This document shows, in pieces, positions 58,638 to 61,763 of a DNA stretch of 61,763 nt (the stretch's first letter is position 1; every line of letters starts with the position of its first letter). Under the pieces are notes generated by a model. That model saw only the letters and a program-made list of their open reading frames with translations. It ran no database searches and was not told the DNA's origin. The position numbers and the translations under genes were made by a program. The DNA lies in sequence record SRR33789315_30. One strand, written 5' to 3'.

Positions 58638-60065
58638 ATGCGTAATTTATTTTTTTTATCGATTACCCTGTTCAGTTTATTAAGTTGTAACCGGCAAGAA
58701 AATAGTGCCCTTGACGGAACGTATATAGGCGGCGCAATTAGAAAACCGCTTACCAATTCTATAATTATAGAACGTGCTGGTGTGGTTATAGACACCGTTC
58801 TTCTCGACGAAAATAACAGGTTTTTATACAAATTTAAAAATTTCACTCCTGGTCTTTACACGTTAAAGCATTTTGAGAGACAACTCATTTATTTAGAAAA
58901 GAATGACAGTCTTATGCTTAATTGTGACACAGACTCTTTTGATGAGACTATGGGTTTTTCAGGGTTTGGGGCTTTTGAAAATAATTTTCTGTCTAAGCTT
59001 TTTCTCTTAAACGAAAAAGAGAATAGGTTTATGATCAAACAAAAAATATATCAAAAAGATCCCGAGGATTTTGTTGCTGTTTTAGATTCGCTCCAACAAA
59101 TACGTTTTAATCTTTGGAGAGAATTTAAAATAAAACACGATGTATCGCCCGCATTTGAAAAAATTGTAGAAGCAACAAATACATTTGACTTTTATGCACG
59201 AAAAGAAGTTTACCCACTTTCCTTATTCGGAAAAAAAGATAATGAATCTATAAATAATCTTCCTGCACAATTCTGCTCTTATCGTGATGAAGCAGATTTG
59301 AACCGTGAAGAATTTCTAGACCTCTACTCCTACCAACGCTTTTTGTTTAACTATTTTCATCAAGCTGCCTATAAAGAATACAATACCCAAAGTGATTATA
59401 ACACCTTATCTTTTAAGCATAACATACACAAATTAAGACTAATAGATAATACTGTTAAAAACCCAGCCGTCAAAGATTTCCTAATAAGCCATTGTATAAA
59501 AGGTTATTTAGCTAATAGTAATGATATAAATGGCGGACAAGTTCTCTATGATATGTATGTTGATCACATCCAGAACCCTGTTATAAAAGAAGGGGTTGAA
59601 AAACTGTATGCTTCTAATAAGAAAATAGAATCTGGAAGGGATTTACCCAATTTGAAATTGGTTTCAGAAGAAGATCAAGTTGTTCAATGGAGTGGCCTAG
59701 TAAACAAACCTACCGTATTTTACTTCTGGAGTAAGAAAAGTAAAAGCCATTTTAAACGCGCGCATCGCCGGGTAGATACCTTGATCAAGAAATATCCCGA
59801 ATATAATTTCTATGCGATCAATATAGATCAGGATAAAGAAGAATATAGTTCTTTAATCAAAAGATATAATTTTGACGAGAAAAGTGAATTTCGTTTTAAG
59901 TGTAAGCCAGAAGTTTTTAATGAAGAAATTGCTCTTAACTCTATCTATAAGACGTTTATTGTAAACCCAAAGGGTACTATTCTAAATGCTCACGCTAATT
60001 TATTGAGTTCTACTTTTGAAAAAGAATTAGACAAATATTTAGCACTAAAAAAACCAGCTCAATAA
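58638..60065 (+). CDS. TlpA-like thioredoxin-fold lipoprotein lacking CxxC
   Basis: Likely start ATG 58638 with lipobox LLSC. C-terminal LPNLKL...KPTVFYFWS...FYAINID...TFIVNPKG.I is TlpA-like, but the active site reads WSKKSKSH. Confidence 0.7.
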   Translation: MRNLFFLSITLFSLLSCNRQENSALDGTYIGGAIRKPLTNSIIIERAGVVIDTVLLDENNRFLYKFKNFTPGLYTLKHFERQLIYLEKNDSLMLNCDTDSFDETMGFSGFGAFENNFLSKLFLLNEKENRFMIKQKIYQKDPEDFVAVLDSLQQIRFNLWREFKIKHDVSPAFEKIVEATNTFDFYARKEVYPLSLFGKKDNESINNLPAQFCSYRDEADLNREEFLDLYSYQRFLFNYFHQAAYKEYNTQSDYNTLSFKHNIHKLRLIDNTVKNPAVKDFLISHCIKGYLANSNDINGGQVLYDMYVDHIQNPVIKEGVEKLYASNKKIESGRDLPNLKLVSEEDQVVQWSGLVNKPTVFYFWSKKSKSHFKRAHRRVDTLIKKYPEYNFYAINIDQDKEEYSSLIKRYNFDEKSEFRFKCKPEVFNEEIALNSIYKTFIVNPKGTILNAHANLLSSTFEKELDKYLALKKPAQ

Positions 60066-60081
60066 ATAAGCTGGTTTTTTT
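60048..60081. terminator. Bidirectional intrinsic terminator
   Basis: AAAAAACCAGCT...AGCTGGTTTTTTT between convergent genes. Confidence 0.8.
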
Positions 60082-60101
60082 ATATGATAAGAAGAAAAAA
60101 A

Positions 60102-60758
60102 TTACTTGTTTCCTTTCTCGTAATCTGCTAAGAACTTAGCCAGACCTATATCTGTTAAAGGGTGTTTTAATAAACCTTCAATAGATGATAAAGGTCCTGT
60201 CATAACATCTGAGCCAATTTTTGCACAATCAATAACGTGCATTGTGTGACGTATAGATGCTGCTAAAATTTGTGTTTCATAACCGTAGTTATCATAGATT
60301 AAACGAATCTCAGCAATTAAGTTAAGACCATCTGTAGAGATATCGTCTAGTCTTCCAAGAAATGGAGATACATAAGTTGCTCCAGCTTTTGCAGCCAATA
60401 AAGCTTGTCCTGCTGAAAAAACAAGTGTACAATTTGTTTTAATCCCTTTATCGCTAAAATACTTTAGGGCTTTAACCCCTTCTTTGATCATAGGTATTTT
60501 AACAACGATTTGCTCATGCAAAGCAGCAAGCTCCTCACCTTCTTTTACCATGTTTTCAAAATCTACAGAAATTACTTCGGCACTTACATCGCCGTCAACA
60601 ATTTCACAGATATCTATATAATGTTGAAGAATTTTCTCTCTTCCTGTAATGCCTTCTTTAGCCATTAGAGATGGATTTGTAGTTACACCATCTAAAACGC
60701 CCAGGGCTTGTGCCTCGCGAATATCATCAAGATTTGCGGTATCGATAAAAAATTTCAT
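60102..60758 (-). CDS. fsa: Transaldolase / fructose-6-phosphate aldolase family
   Basis: [48 protein letters not shown]. Confidence 0.93.
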   Translation of the reverse strand: MKFFIDTANLDDIREAQALGVLDGVTTNPSLMAKEGITGREKILQHYIDICEIVDGDVSAEVISVDFENMVKEGEELAALHEQIVVKIPMIKEGVKALKYFSDKGIKTNCTLVFSAGQALLAAKAGATYVSPFLGRLDDISTDGLNLIAEIRLIYDNYGYETQILAASIRHTMHVIDCAKIGSDVMTGPLSSIEGLLKHPLTDIGLAKFLADYEKGNK

Positions 60759-60789
60759 ATTCAGTTTTTGGTTTGAATTTAATTTATGA

Positions 60790-60797
60790 CAAATGTA
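60790..60797 (-). promoter_or_regulatory. -7 promoter element
   Basis: TACATTTG on - strand about 31 nt upstream of the fsa ATG. Confidence 0.55.
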
Positions 60798-60876
60798 AGG
60801 ATTTGGTCAAAGACTGTACATATACCCAAAGCGTTTATTTTAAAAATAACAAAATGGTAAAATGCAAGTTAAAAAC

Positions 60877-61695
60877 CTATAACTTATAATGCTTACTAAT
60901 TAAGCGCTCATATGTTTTACCTGGCAAGATTCCTTTTAAGATTACAGAAATTTTTTGCAGCATAGAACCTACCTTATAGTTTACATTAGGATTGTCTTCT
61001 AACATAATTTTGTGCACTGCGTCTGCCATAAGTTGTGGGTTTTCACCGTGATTTACATGATCATTCATCAATGAAAGTGACTTACCGTAACTAGTTAAAT
61101 AAGGTGAGTCATCCCGAAGTGGAGCGTGGTACCTACCTGAAGCAATATTTGTAGCAAAATCTCCCGGAGCGATATTGGTCATTTTAACCCCAAACTCACT
61201 TAATTCCATTCTAAAAGATTCTGTAGTAATGGCTAAAGCACTTTTTGTAGCAGAATAAGCACCACGATAAGGCAAGCCCATAAAAGAAGCTATTGAAGTT
61301 ACATTTATTATCATACCAGAACCTTGAGCCCGCATAATAGGTAAAACAGCCTTAATCAAATTAAGTGGCCCAAAATAATTCACTTCAAAATTATGCTTGA
61401 GTTCAACCTCTGGAATTTCTTCCATTGGACCTGTTATGCCTTTTCCAGCATTGTTAATTAAATAATCTATACGACCTTCGGCAGCATTAATTTTTTTTAC
61501 CAATTCTTGAATACTCTCAGGATTAGTAACCTCTAGTTTCAAAAAATGAATCCCGTTTAAGATTTCTTCCTTAGGATTTCTACTCGTGCCATAAACTATA
61601 TAGTTATTTTTGACTAGATGCAATGCAATAGCATTACCTAAACCAGAGGAAGCTCCTGTAATTAATACGACGCGGGTAAAATCTTGTTTGGGCAT
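60877..61695 (-). CDS. Classical SDR oxidoreductase
   Basis: ITGASSGLG, NNAG, YSATK (YxxxK), PGDFAT. Confidence 0.9.
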   Translation of the reverse strand: MPKQDFTRVVLITGASSGLGNAIALHLVKNNYIVYGTSRNPKEEILNGIHFLKLEVTNPESIQELVKKINAAEGRIDYLINNAGKGITGPMEEIPEVELKHNFEVNYFGPLNLIKAVLPIMRAQGSGMIINVTSIASFMGLPYRGAYSATKSALAITTESFRMELSEFGVKMTNIAPGDFATNIASGRYHAPLRDDSPYLTSYGKSLSLMNDHVNHGENPQLMADAVHKIMLEDNPNVNYKVGSMLQKISVILKGILPGKTYERLISKHYKL

Positions 61696-61740
61696 ATACT
61701 AAAAGAAGAGAAAAGTAGTTAAAAACAAGACATAAAAAAA

Positions 61741-61763
61741 GGCAAGCTACCTACATCACACCG
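61741..61763 (-). ncRNA. ffs: 3' end of signal recognition particle RNA (truncated by the window edge)
   Basis: Reverse strand reads CGGTGTGATGTAGGTAGCTTGCC followed by T7, matching my recollection of the 3' arm of flavobacterial small SRP RNA. Only 23 nt are visible. Confidence 0.6.

Overview
Gene-dense, AT-rich chromosomal segment of a Flavobacteriaceae-type (Bacteroidota) genome, judged from TAnnTTTG promoter elements, a stand-alone pheT, a fused E1 alpha/beta dehydrogenase and many lipoproteins. Most genes are housekeeping (ptrB, ybaB, ltaE, ppk1, ung, mutS2, aroC, uvrD, recG, pheT, ABC-F, fsa/transaldolase), and the window ends in what looks like the 3' end of SRP RNA. I see no transposase, integrase, prophage, CRISPR array, rRNA or tRNA. 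The best candidate for an undescribed system is at 1-4962. There a 792-aa GAF protein has a C-terminal half that aligns by eye to a divergent class III nucleotidyl cyclase. It overlaps tail-to-tail with an HD-hydrolase/Pycsar-type transmembrane effector fusion, which is head-to-head with a lipoprotein metallophosphoesterase, suggesting a self-contained cyclic-nucleotide make/sense/degrade module. Other notable loci: (i) a GshB-like ATP-grasp ligase + N-formylglutamate amidohydrolase + QEGLA/MATCAP-like peptidase cluster (possible peptide writer/eraser); (ii) a coupled FAD-oxidoreductase/methyltransferase/type III PKS/SDR cluster; (iii) a likely capnine (sulfonolipid) capA-capB pair; (iv) a gene bracketed by heptamer tandem repeats; (v) two small membrane-protein genes missed by the ORF track. 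All calls come from reading motifs by eye; no searches were run.
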